Of a DNA stretch of 64,000 nt, positions 38,534-51,800 are shown piece by piece. The stretch covers positions 131,166,330 through 131,230,329 of the forward strand of contig NC_068982.1 of the NCBI RefSeq assembly GCF_001194135.2, given 5' to 3'. How positions within the stretch are numbered: position 1 is the first letter of the stretch; each line of letters opens with the position of its first letter. The notes under the pieces were generated by a model. That model saw nothing but the letters and a program-made list of their open reading frames with translations. It did no database searches and was not told where the DNA came from. Made by a program: the position numbers and the translations under genes. The DNA comes from Octopus bimaculoides (Eukaryota).

Positions 38534-41500
38534 GATGAAATATAAAAACTAAAAACTAATTGTAGTTGAATATTTATACACTTCAGAAATACTTGACCTT
38601 TGCATCCAATTTAGTGAAGCTGGTGGAAATGCACTTAGGCTTCATAGGCACTAAGCAACTAAAGGGAATAAATGCCAAAGAGAGGGTGAGTGGCTCAAAT
38701 AAGGAGAGAGAGAGAGAGAAAAAAAAAAGGCATCTAAGAAGAAAAAATGATGAAATAGTCTCAAGCATTGTGCTACTAGGCGTGGCTGTAGTTAGTGGAA
38801 GTCTTATGGATATGACACACCCTGATAACATACAAGAGCAGGATACCCAAAAGCCCAATAACCTCAGCCGACCAACATCAATCCATGACTACTTCCACGT
38901 CATGATATCTGAACCCACTAAGTTAGTATGGGATCCTAACTTAGAGATTCTAATTCCATTCAGCATATCTTTCCTGTCATTCAGCTCTTTTTTCTTTTCT
39001 TTGTTTCCTCCTTTCTTTCTTTTTTTTTCAACTGGTTAGTCATTGGTGTGTGTGTGTGTGTGTGGATGGTGACTAAGTCGCCTTCTCAACTAAGCTACCT
39101 TCCCCACCCTGCCTCCCCTTCTAATTAAAAAAAAGGGGGGGGGAAGAGAGAGAGACAATCATCATATAAGAAAAATAATATAGCATTTAAATCATAGTTC
39201 AGTCCTCCCACACTATTACCTGAATGAGGTATTTTAAATTATAGATAGATACTGTAGCATACTAGAAACGGTATTTGCTTGCTAAATTTTGTCAATTTGT
39301 AAAATTACTATTTATGAAAAATATACCAAAAAAAATAATAATTCATAGTTAAGTGCGCGCGCGTGTGTGTAATAGAGAGAGGGGAAGGGAGAGAGAGAGA
39401 GAGGGAAACATTGGGAACACTTATAAATTAAGTAACAAACAACGAATCGAAGAGCTGGCGCACGTTAACAGGTATTGAAACACTAGGAAAGAGCATGAGA
39501 AAGAGAGAGAAGTTTGTAAGTAGTGTGCAATTTAAAAAAAGAAAATGCTCAGATAACCTAATAGGTTAGATACCTTAAGAAGGAAAAAAAAAATCATTAA
39601 AAAAATCGAACGTTTATATAGAAATTTCTCACACATACAACCACTCACAAAATAAATCTATAAAATATTCATTGTCGAGTGGAAAATATGTCTAATATAA
39701 GTATGACAGCTTAAACAAAAATATAATAAGATAAAATAATTATAATTAAAACTAGTAAAAAAAAAAAAAGACAGATAGAAAGTAAGAAAGAACGAGAGAG
39801 AATAAGAAGCTAAGATTTTCTTGTGTACGCGTTCCATATTCCGTAAAAGAGAACGTGCTCCATCGGAAGAGTAGTGTCCCGGGACGGGAGATTCATGCTA
39901 TGACATCTAAAACCAGACAAATCTTAGCAGACAGAAAACGTAGAACACAGAGATACATAAAACCAATACAATGATAATAATTACATGTAATATTAAGGCA
40001 GCCATAGATTTGCTTTGATGATTAACGAACAAAAAAGAAAAAATATATATATATTAAAAAAAGGACAAAAATATGAATGGTAGTGAAAATCAAAACCGAA
40101 GGCGATCAGAAAACAGGAAAGGAATGACAGAAAGTTAAGGCTAAAGGGCGACTAGAGCATCTAAAAAAACTACCACGAATAATTAGACATGAAACCTTAG
40201 AGTTTTGTGCAAAGGAAAAGAATTTGTAGCGATTCTAATAAACAATAATATTGATAATAAAGCAGCTGAAAAGAAAGATGGCAACAGTTAGTAGCAGAAG
40301 CTATAGTCGGTAAGAATGGTAACATTTTAAACAAGAGATGTACTTGTTTTCCTTTTTAGGTTTCATTTTCTGGTTTTGTTTTTTTGTTGTTACTTTTTTT
40401 TTTAATTATCCGAAAATAAATTACCGCACACACCGGAAAGTTGGCTACATCTAATGAATACGTTTGCAGCTGATAACGTCAACACATGCAAAAACCTATG
40501 TCAATAAACGATGGTATCATCGCTTGTGCGTGTGTGTGTTCCGTTTTCTTTCTTTCTTTTTTTTTTTCCTAGTATTTTCCTTTTTAACATCGTGTTGATG
40601 ACCAGGCGATAGAAAGGTAACTCAAAAGCGATCCATAGCAGAAACTATAGAAAAATTTATAAATACTAACTAATAATGATGAATAAACAAGAATTTTAAA
40701 ACTATTGCTATAATACATGCGATGGAACTCCGTATCAAGAATGAACGTCATTGCTTTATTTATTTATTTATTACAAGCGGAACAGTTACCACTTTCTATA
40801 TAAAAAGACAAATAGATTTAATGTGCGCTCGATGTCATCACACACATACACACACACACACTATGTATAATCCCAAGCACTCCTGCATCGCAACTCATTC
40901 ATCATATAGGCCGAATAAACTCAGAAATGGAGGGCAATCTGAAGAGTAAAACTGATAAGTAAGGATGGGTCCAAGCCTAAACAAATAACTATACATGCAA
41001 ACACTTACACATTACATACATACAATACACGCATATATATACAGACAGAATAAGATAGATACATACATTCACACACACACATACATAAACAAAATATATA
41101 TATACACACACACACAGAAAAAAGTACATGTGCATGTATCTATAACAACTACATGTATACACATAATTCAGATATATAAGACAAATATATGCCTAATGAT
41201 AACCTGTGAACGAGTTTGAATTAGTAACATCTTGCATTTTAATTAATTGTTTTCTGTGGCCCATTAGTGATGAGCAGGCATTGGACACTCACTCAACCCT
41301 CCCATCTGATCCAGCGGTGCATCTAGGATGTGACAGTTCAGGGCAAAAAGAGAAGCACAAGCAATCCCCTTGTGAAGTATCTTACGCCGGGATACATGCT
41401 ACCAGGTCCAAAAATTCGTGCACATATAGACAACACACACACATACACAAGTGTTATGGACCCATGCAGTTCAAAGTTTCGTGGGCTCAGGAGCTTTACT

Positions 41501-41619
41501 TCTCTGGGATAGGGCTTCTGTGAGGAGCCAACAAAACTTTAAGGTGCTTCAGGCCGAATCAATGTGTGTTTGAAATAACGATCTATGTAATAAATGTGTT
41601 GAGTGCCTTTTTCTTTCAT

Positions 41620-41783
41620 TTGTTCACTTGCTAATGTATATAACATACACACACACACACATTTACATATACATACACATATATGCTTACATATATATAT
41701 ATATGTATATATATGTACATGATTACTTATATAGACATAAATACATATATCACATACATGAATACGAATATATATATATATAT

Positions 41784-41814
<31 letters not shown>

Positions 41815-41917
41815 CATACACATATATACATATACGCATATATATATACACATATATATATAAATACTTATATATGTACATATATATAAATACTTACATA
41901 TGTACATACACACACAC

Positions 41918-41952
<35 letters not shown>

Positions 41953-42122
41953 AATACTTATATATGTACATACATATATATATACACACACACACAACGC
42001 ATATACATGCATATATATTTATACACGTCATTCTCGATACATATCTATATACATAAATATAGAGATACATATATATATATAATTTAATTATAAATATATA
42101 TCATACATATGTATTCATATAA

Positions 42123-42213
<91 letters not shown>

Positions 42214-42264
42214 CATATATTCAATTATACATATATCTATACATATATATTCATATAAATACAT

Positions 42265-42296
<32 letters not shown>

Positions 42297-42528
42297 TCAA
42301 TTATACATACATAATCTATACATATATTCATATAAATATACATATATATATATATTCAATTACACACACGTGCATGTATATATTCATGCACTTTTATATA
42401 TTCAGACATATATGCTTATATATATATGTGTGTGTGTGTATGTGTGTGAGTATGTGTGTGTGTGTGTATATATATATATACATATATGCTAATATATATA
42501 CATACATATATACATACAAATATATATT

Positions 42529-42560
<32 letters not shown>

Positions 42561-43038
42561 CAAATATATATTCATACATATATATATATATATACTCATA
42601 TTTTAGTTATATGTAGAGACGTGTATATCTATTCATACGTGTATATATTTATACACGTGTGTGTATACATATACTCATATATATATATATATACACAAAT
42701 AATCATACATGAATATACATTTATAAGCATATAAATACATGACACACACATACATACACAAATACAAACATACACACATATACATATGTATATACATATA
42801 TGTATATCTACATATAGATATACACACACACGCGTATATATGTATGTATATATGTACACACATACAAAAATGTGTATACAGATACATATGTGCATATAAA
42901 TCCAATATAGACACCACTATTCATGTACATACAAATATACATATGTGCATACATATATACTTATACACATATGCATACATGTACGTATCAATGTATATAT
43001 GCGTATATGCAAACATTCTTATATACATACATATGTAC

Positions 43039-43076
<38 letters not shown>

Positions 43077-43300
43077 TGTGCGTGTGCCCGGGCACAGAGG
43101 CAAAGCATACATGCAAGTTCGTATAAGACACATGTATCGATACACAAATACACACGTACAGAAACACATGTATTGGCATCGAATAGATATGGACGCACGC
43201 GCGCGCAGACATAGGCATGTACATACATATGTTGATACATAAATACACGTACATATGTATTAACATGTGTCTGTTCATATGCGTGTGTGCGTGCGTATAC
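41620..43300. repeat. Long compound (TA)n/(CA)n/(TACA)n microsatellite with higher-order units
   Basis: Recurrent units ataaatactta(t/c)atatgtacata (3 copies) and atattcaatta(t/c)aca (3 copies). This is the source of the many Y/I/H/T-rich ORFs. Confidence 0.92.
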
Positions 43301-43772
43301 GCACATCTATTTCCCTCTTTTGTATGCACACACAAATACATATGTATCTCTCTCTCTCTCTCTCTCTGTCTTTCGGCACACACAAACACACACACACGGA
43401 ATAAGTACTCCACACATGAAATAGAAAACTTTTCACCACCGTTAAAAACTGAAATTTTTTGTCCTTACTCCCAAGATTCGCGTTACCTTTCAAAACGTAG
43501 TAACACGAAACTTAGGGCAACAACTTAAAAAAAAAAAAAAAAGTTAAAACATCTCAGCATCAAACGCTGTTATTATCTTACACACATACAGTGATCACGA
43601 ACGTAAAGAAAAGCGAAAGTAAGTCAGTAGCAACCAATGAATAGAAAGGTCCACACCCACTACACCATCGAATACTACAAAAATATAAGTTAAATGCTGT
43701 AAATTATAGTGATAGAATAATTTGGTACCCTCAGTAGTAATCGTAAACTAAAACCAGGGAGCCTGTACTCAC

Positions 43773-43806
43773 CTCTAACAGCCATTTGAATATACTTGTA
43801 AACAGA
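43773..43806 (-). CDS. Candidate 34-nt exon (..LFTSIFKWLLE, or a start exon M-A-V-R)
   Basis: Acceptor gttttcctttttacag and a consensus donor GAG|gtgagt. Confidence 0.4.
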
Positions 43807-45012
43807 CTGTAAAAAGGAAAACTTGCATCTCCTGATAGCAGCTGAACCTGCGAGGACGTCCTTTAAGAAGGCACTCTACTACAATGATACGTAAGGAAGA
43901 GAAGGACACCGGTATATATAGCCATGCATACGTCCCATGACTGGTAACGGATCGGCACTTTCCATTTAACCCACAGGGGGGAGACAGTCATCGGATTAGG
44001 ACGCGCAAATACCTAAGTAAGCCGCAAAGGTCGATGAGCAGATACAATAGGTGTAAAGAGAAGCGGAATTATCTCTTTTTAAAGTCAATCCAATTAACAA
44101 AGGCTTTGTGTATGCGCGTGATTAGGACTGTGTATGCGTATGCACACCAGAAAATACACTTAAATAAATAAAAATAAACAGTTCAATGGCACGAAGAACA
44201 GGTATTAAAGTCAAAACAAAAGCTATCACTCCCCGTATAGGAAAGTGGGTGAGAACTCTGACAAATTTCGACCAATCAGACGACGTCTTACTGCCAGCCA
44301 TTCATTGAAAGTCGGCAGTAGGGAGGAGGCTGTATGAGTAGAGTAAATTAAAAGTTGACACTGATCATACACTAATACCCAAATCGATATACATATATTG
44401 ATGTGCACTAGTGGCCAGTTGCCAAAATCTCGCCATTAAATTTCATTACGTGCAAGTATTAAAAATTGATGCCAACCGATGATAGAAGTACTTATGTATG
44501 AAATTGTCCGTTTTATCCGCACCGACAAACTGTGTGTGTGCGCGTGGTGTTCTAAGAGACATAAGGTGGGAGGGGGGCGAACAGCGTATACACTACACAG
44601 GCAAAGAATGGAAATTGGAAATGTCGTCATTCAATCGATACATTTATTCATAATTTTATTTCTCAGTGAAACATATATACAGTCATGTTAATAATTTCGC
44701 TTTAAGTTTTTTTCATTTATTTTTTTAATTATTTGAATGAAAGTATATAAGTATATTTATCAGTGGGTGTGCGCAGTGAAGTCGCCAATGCACGATCATA
44801 AAGAAAGACAGACAGACAGAATTATACATACACATTGATTTAGTCGATAAACTAATTTTTATTCAAAGGAGTGCCATTGTATTTTCCACCTGACTACGTA
44901 GATAGTTTGTGTGGTAATCCCATCAAAACTGCACGCTAATCAGCTTTGTAGTAATTAAGACGATTTTGTCACATGAGCACGTTTTTCACTGACAGCTGAT
45001 CTATCTATCTAC

Positions 45013-45080
45013 CTGCACCAGATCAACATCCGCATGGCGCACAGATTCGATTAAAAGTTAGGATATATTTCCTCTTCAAA
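45013..45080 (-). other. Candidate 68-nt 5' exon containing a possible start (MRMLIWC..)
   Basis: Acceptor ttttttgtttttcttttttaag, donor CAG|gtagat. An ATG in gccATGc gives a frame that stays open across the 34-nt and 81-nt exons. Confidence 0.33.
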
Positions 45081-46489
45081 CTTAAAAAAGAAAAACAAAA
45101 AAATAATATCTACATTTGTCAAAAATATGACAAGAGAAAGAAAAACGCACTCAAACAAGTACAAGTAACATAGAATATGCTTCCATAAACTTAAAAGCAC
45201 TGCAAACATCGTACAAGTAAACGCGCGTGCGCATACTGAACCGAAAGTAAAAACTTTGAAGTCTAAAAGGATGCGATATTTTAATTTTACTTTCTAGTTT
45301 ATTTGTTAAAAGTGCATTAACATTTTGTTGTTGCTTTTTTGTTTTTAGTTACTGACATTGCATCAACTCGTTAACATATAATAGATCGATGACATACTGA
45401 CATATATCGATTTGCAGGTAAACCACTCCACAGATCCCATATATGATACTATAACTAGTTAGTACGCGGTCATTACGTAAGATTTCCACCGAACCTGATG
45501 ACACTGTTGACTGAAGTTAGTTTCTATAGTACTTTGAGGTTTTTCTTTTCTTCCTTTCTCTTTTCTAACGCCTCTCTCTCTCCCTCTCTCTCTATTTGAG
45601 AAGCACTTTTGATTATTACAATAAAACATAAAATTATTGTTACATTCAAAGAGGCATTCTAAGTAAATCCGTTTTTATCATAGCAGTTTACAACAATTAA
45701 CTGCATATGAGAAGTTATTTAGCCTCAGCGGACATTCCTTTTTATAGAACTTGTTAAACCAGTAAATACAGCGACGCATTATAAAATAGCATAATAAATC
45801 GCACCTACAGAACATGAAAGATTGGTGTTTCTTCATAACTAAATAATAATGCACAAAGTTTTCTTGCCCCGAAAAGGACAGTTACTACTATGTACATATT
45901 AAAATAGACAGAGGATTTCCTTGTTACTGACAAAAAATTGTATTTCATTCATTTTAGAAAACAGAATTTTATTTATGAGACTGTTGTTTAACCCTGGGAA
46001 AACCTTCGTTGAACATCCAACCTCATGACTAAAAGAGTTCCAACCACGACGGTCTCGTTGTTTCAGACCAAGGACTATATAGTCCAATGTGTTCTGTTTT
46101 TTTTTCAAGAAAGTAGGGCACACATGAGGGAATTTAACTGTTATTTCTAGCTCAAAAAGTTTATATGTAAGCACATTTCTTACCAAACAATGTAGATACA
46201 AATGAAGATATGACATAAACGTTAGCAAATGGGAAAAGATTAACCTATGAAATGTCCATAGGCATTTTAATTAATGACTTCATTTAACTCGGGCACAAAT
46301 CCAATCTGTTGTAAGGTGTGGATATAATCACTTAAACCAATGTCAATAGATTAATTATACTATTTCATAGTTGCAATAAAGCATTCAACCTGGTGTTCTT
46401 GGGTGTCAGTCACTTCCACAACATTCTAATTACCATGTTGTAACTAAAACTTCTATAAAATATTAATATAAACTTTTTAAAAAAACCAA

Positions 46490-46695
46490 TAGGATAATAA
46501 TGGTTTCATTAGGCGCAAGTCTAATAATTTGGTGTGAGGGTTAAGTCAAGCACGTTGATTCCAATGCTCAACTGGTGCCAAAAGGATGAAAGGCAAAGTC
46601 AATATCACTGGAATTTGAACCCAGAACGTAAGGATGGACGAAATACTACTAAGCACTTTGCTCAGAGTGCTAATGATTCTGCAAGTGCAATGCCT
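46490..46695 (-). mobile_element. SINE family A
   Basis: ggatgaaaggcaaagtcaatatcactggaatttgaacccagaacgtaa..gctaatgattctgcaag. Confidence 0.75.
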
Positions 46696-47607
46696 TACAA
46701 TATGATGATAATAAAATACAAATGAATAAATGTCTGTCATATAAGGCAGAATAGAAATAAAGGGAAATGATAGGTAAAATAAAGAATTCATGAAGGGAAA
46801 AAAAAAAAAAGTTTTGCCTTGATATACCTTTGATAAATCATCTAAACTACTTACATTGTCTTCACATCACAACTTATTAGTATCTTATACCTCTAACTTT
46901 AGTGGCATAATTTTCCTCATATTAATACTTTCATATTTATACATCTAGACCTGTTTCAGTACACCCATCTTCAGGCAATTATCATACCTACAGGATTCAG
47001 TTCATTAATATTCTTTTATCTGTGTTGTGTTCACACACTTATATGTAATTCTTTTGTTAGTAATTTCAATGCCAAGAGCTAGAATACTATTAAGACATAC
47101 ACAGGACCAATTAATAATAAAACAAAAACAAAAAAATACATTTGTAGCTTATAACAGAATATATGAAGACAGGGGAAAAGAATATCTCTGTAACAGGTAA
47201 TAATAATGATACCCTAAAAGGGAAAACAAAAATCTTAAGTCATGCCAATTAGGCATGTCAAAGTTGGTAATTAGTCGGAATATTCATTATCGTTATGAAC
47301 AGATCAACAAACAGAAATTAAATATTAGAGTTAATAAGTGGAGAATTGTGAGCATGGACACAAAAAATTGAAAGAAGCTACTAAAGAAATAAGAAAACTA
47401 ATAAAGTATTAGTCAATATCATTTACAGCACAACAGATGAGCAGGTATATATTTTACTGCCTGCATAGATCATTATTCTGAGCGTAGAAACAAGCTGAGT
47501 CATAACACATCAGTTTCCTACTGGCCAAAGGGGTTGAGCATTCATAGTTTATTATCAATACTATGATTAAATCCTAACAAAGACACTTAAATTTCAATGA
47601 CCCTCTC

Positions 47608-47706
47608 TATATAAAGAGTCCGGTGCAACTGTAATCAGTGGCAGCACGGTGTATTTCAAAATTGTTTCATTGGTTTTCATTACTAATTTCCAATACTCCT
47701 GTGAGT
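47608..47706 (+). promoter_or_regulatory. Candidate TATA plus Initiator core promoter with a short first exon and donor
   Basis: TATATAAAG at 47608-47616 and TCAGT Inr with A at 47637 (27-29 nt spacing). Donor-like ct|gtgagt at 47701 and a TGAGTCA (AP-1) site about 110 nt upstream of the TATA. Confidence 0.35.
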
Positions 47707-48756
47707 GATATAGTTTAATATATTCATCTCTCTGGAGATATATGTCTGACAACCGTTACAGTGAGGTGAAAACTGAGACAAGTATCAGTCAAGCTCATTT
47801 ATTATGTAAAATGCCTCTCAAAGACGGAGAGCATACATATAGTGTAAGACAAACAGTAATTTCCACCTAGGGCTATAAGAACGGGGTTCGACTAGTACAC
47901 TGTTCTGAAACTTCAAGACCCAGGAGGAGCAGGCTGTAAATGTCTAATGTGCCCCTCTCTACAAATAAAGCAAAAAATCAATAAAAAATCACTCCTTGGA
48001 GTAGCTGGTAAACAGTCTTGTTCCATCTTGTAAAATTTCTTCTTGGGACCCTGTGTCCATTACACCAAATACAAGCAATGTGCTAGACACATCAGTATGT
48101 CAACTGAGTGACAAAGGAATTAAAGAATTACACCAACTACTATTCAATAATATCTACTCGATGGTTTCGATTCTTCAACATTTTTCTAACTTACACAAGT
48201 TTTTATTCCTGTACTGTTTTCCAAAATAGTAAACTTCAAATACAATCTTATGAAATGAGTGAAACTTGCAAATTCCAACCCAGACATTCACTTAATATCA
48301 TTTTTAATTATTTTAATTTTTATTGTGTGCACATCATCTGTAATTTGTGCATGGGATGAAGACATCAACAGTGGTCTCAATGAAAAAAACAAAATAGTTA
48401 ATAATTTAATCAGTGCCAGTGATTAGTACATAAATTAAATTAGTTGTAACTAACTATCATTTCATCTGTCATGCCGCAAAACTAATCCTCATGTAACATT
48501 GGTTGGTCAATTCAACAGCAGTATCTTACAGCTACAATCCTAATATCATACAAGTGCAACACCAATATCGTAAATAATCAATCTAAGAAAATTTGATACG
48601 GTACCAGTTTAATTTCAACATAGAAAGATTACATAAAGTATTAAGTATAGCATAATTTTTATTATTTGCACTAATTCACACTCTGCAGTTACCAACAATG
48701 AAAAACATATTACCATGGACAGCTGGATAATAGCCTCCCATCCCCCACCCTCAACA

Positions 48757-48793
<37 letters not shown>

Positions 48794-50084
48794 NNNNNNN
48801 NNNNNNNNNNNNNNNNNNNNNNNNNNNNNNNNNNNNNNNNNNNNNNNNNNNNNNNNNNNNNNNNNNNNNNNNNNNNNNNNNNNNNNNTATATATATAAAT
48901 CACAAATGAAAAATGGATGAAAAGTTTTTTTAATCTTATTCAGTAATTTCCACCTATTTTTAAAGCCCTATTTAAAAAATAGAAGACTAAATCCCTTTCA
49001 ATATATATTATTTAACATAATCCAAGCAGTGTGTTGCCAGAAATACTTGAAAACTGGACTAAGAGTATTACATGTATTACAGTATTTGCTTTTGTATCTG
49101 TCGGTTCTGATTTCAAATCCTACCAGTTTAGCTATGCCTTCTATCTCTTCAGAGATGATAAAATAACAGTATTATACTGGAAATAGTCACATCCAGCTTA
49201 TATTTACTTCCTTCAGTAGCCCATAGAAAGTTTTCTAGAAGCATAATAGCATTTTGAACAGGGTACTTAACTATGTACTCCAAAGTTTAAACCCAGTGCT
49301 GATATTTCTTTGTATTTCTGAAACGAACACCTTGTTCTAAATTGTCTCAAATTACCAAACTCTGATGTCAGTAACAGATGGAACAGAGCCCCTAAGTGGG
49401 TGAAAGAGGTGATCTCTGAGGATCCAAGATCTTTCCAGATTTTTTCAAATTCAATGTTGTTTCATGATTTGAGTTTTGCTGATAATAAGCATTCTATATG
49501 ATGGAAATCGGAGTATCACGGGCATATAATATACATAAAGGCAAGGGGCAAATGTGAAAAAAAACAAAAACATCCAGAGCAGGCTATTACAAAAAGAAAT
49601 TGCTGAGCTCTGACCTCACTGTTGCTAATATGCATGCAGTTTTCTTGTATAGTTAACTAAACTTGATAAACATCCAATCCAGGAAACAATTTATATCTAG
49701 ACTACTCAACATTATTAATGTGGGATGAAGTAACTGCTCTCAAGAACCTTAAGAAACTTAGAGTATAAATATATTACATTGCACTATATAGGAAGAACTG
49801 GTCTGAGGACAAGATAAGAAAATAAAATTTACAGTGCCCTTATCATTAAATGCGATGGGTGTACCATCTCAAGGACAGCCAGCTGTAACTTGTCAGCAAG
49901 AACAGTCTGATAACATGTATCATGCTTTTGCTAATTCTTTTAGAAGAAATTTCAGGTGTGGCAACAAGGCCTGGAATCTAATGGCCTTAAAGTCAATTTA
50001 GCAAAACCGAAAGTCCTAGTAGGAAAACTGACAAATCAAAAGTCCCTTCTGGGAGATGGCACTGCTTGATATGTAAGAAGGTAG

Positions 50085-50971
50085 AAACTTCACACATTGT
50101 ACCTAGTGCAAGCTTTGGACACATAAGAGGTGTAGCAATATCATAGGAAGATTAATGAAGAAAATAGTCTTTGTGTGTGGCAAATATATAGGTACAATAA
50201 GCACTAAAATGCGCAGATGATAGATGTTGGTAACTAAGAGCCTTTCCCTCAGAATGAAAGACAGATTGTATGATGCCTGGGTATGTACAGCAATGATACA
50301 GGGTAGTGAAATATGGGCTTTGACTACAGAGGACTTACAAAGACTTGAAAGAAATGAAGCTAGCATGCTCCACTGGATGGGTAATGTCAGTGTGCACGCA
50401 CAACAAAGTGTAAATGATTTAAGAGGAAAACTGGGTATAAGAGGCACCAGATATTGTGTGCAAGAGAGAAGACTGTGCTGTTTTGGTCATGTTATGCATA
50501 TGGATGAGGATTGCTGCATCAAAAGCATTGAGCTCTAATTGTGGATGGTACCTGTGGAAGAGGTAGACCCAGGAAGACATGGGACAAAGTGGTGAGAAAG
50601 GATCTTTGGATGCTGAGCCTCACTAACCAGGAGATTTGGCGATTCACTTTACTTCATAAATGCATCAAGCTAAGTAAAATCGTTGTCTTCCACACATACA
50701 GGTTTGTCCTGTCAGGTGCCAGTGTCACATAAAGAGCACCTGTGCCGGTGCTGTGCAAATGCACCTGTGCCAGTGTTGTGTAAACACACCTGAGCCAGTG
50801 GCACATAAAAAAGCACCAAGCATTCTGTTAAGTGATTGGCTTTAAGAAAGGCATCCAGCCATAGAAACCATGCCACAATAGAAAACTGGAGTCTGGACAG
50901 CTCCACATCAAACCATCCAACCCATGCCAGTATGGAAAGTGGGCATTAAATGATGATGATGGTGATGATGA
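50085..50971 (+). mobile_element. 5'-truncated RTE LINE: RT C-terminal region, 3'UTR and (GAT)n tail
   Basis: LSLRMKDRLYDAWVCTAMIQGSEIWALTTEDLQRLERNEASMLHWM..QERRLCCFGHVMHMDED..GTCGRGRPRKTWDKVVRKDL, then gtgcc..gtggcacataaaaaagcacc repeats and ccatgccagtatggaaagtgggcattaaa(tga)n. Confidence 0.92.
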
Positions 50972-51574
50972 TAGACACAATGTGATATAAACATTCACTA
51001 GGTGCCCTCATCTTTGACCCAGTAAGACATGCAGGATGTAATGACTGAAAGGAGAGAAAATTGCATTAGCAACCAGATGGTATTCAGTAGACTGGGACAT
51101 CATGAATTGAAATATCTTGTGCAATGACACAATGCACTGCTCAGTCCATGAAGTAACTTCACAACTTTATGATTGTAAGCTGAATACCCTAATAAATTAG
51201 GCGATATACCTTCATCATACTGCTTTATGCTAAATACTCATTGCTACATGAGCTGAACTAATCAAGATTAAGTACCTTCATCAGGAATGTAACAAGACTG
51301 CAAATCACTATTGTCTCTTTAAGTTAATGATCAGCATCAAATCTTGAAATCCAAACTTAAAGTTTAAACACTGTTCTCTAGAATATACTATTCAGGTTAT
51401 TTCATTCAAATTTACAAATTTTCTTTTATGTATACTCTTTCATAATTTAAATTGAAAAGTGTGTGAATGCCTGAAGTAACAGATTAACTATAAAATGGCC
51501 AGCTAAGACACCAGGATTCCGCACTCTTTCACCACAATTAAATTGTGTCAAGCGTGCACACACATTAACACATG

Positions 51575-51621
<47 letters not shown>

Positions 51622-51623
51622 CA

Positions 51624-51800
51624 TCATCATCCTCATAATCTAATTTCCATTTTCCATGCTGGCATGAACTGAATGGTTTGACAGGGACTGACAAACCAGC
51701 ACCAATGTTCTCTTTGTGTGTAAGTTGGTTGCCCTTTCTAATGCCAACCACTTTACAGAGAGTTCTTGATGCTTTACTTGTGGCACTGGAAACTAGTAAG
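51624..51800 (-). mobile_element. RTE-tail element
   Basis: tttccatgctggcatgaactgaatgg..gccctttctaatgccaaccactttacagag. Confidence 0.7.

Larger units (their letters stand above)
39300..45800. promoter_or_regulatory. CpG-retaining promoter-like domain
   Basis: CG dinucleotides are visibly common here (e.g. acgcgt, cccgggacggg, gcgcgc, tcgacc) and rare in the flanks. CCAAT box accaatcag at 44271-44279, gacgtc sites. No SINE recognised between about 37.1 and 46.4 kb. Confidence 0.55.

Noticed and set aside
33896-43528. Many Y/I/H/T/C/V-rich ORFs, and poly-I/poly-S ORFs
   Set aside because: Translations of di- and trinucleotide microsatellites, open in several frames on both strands.
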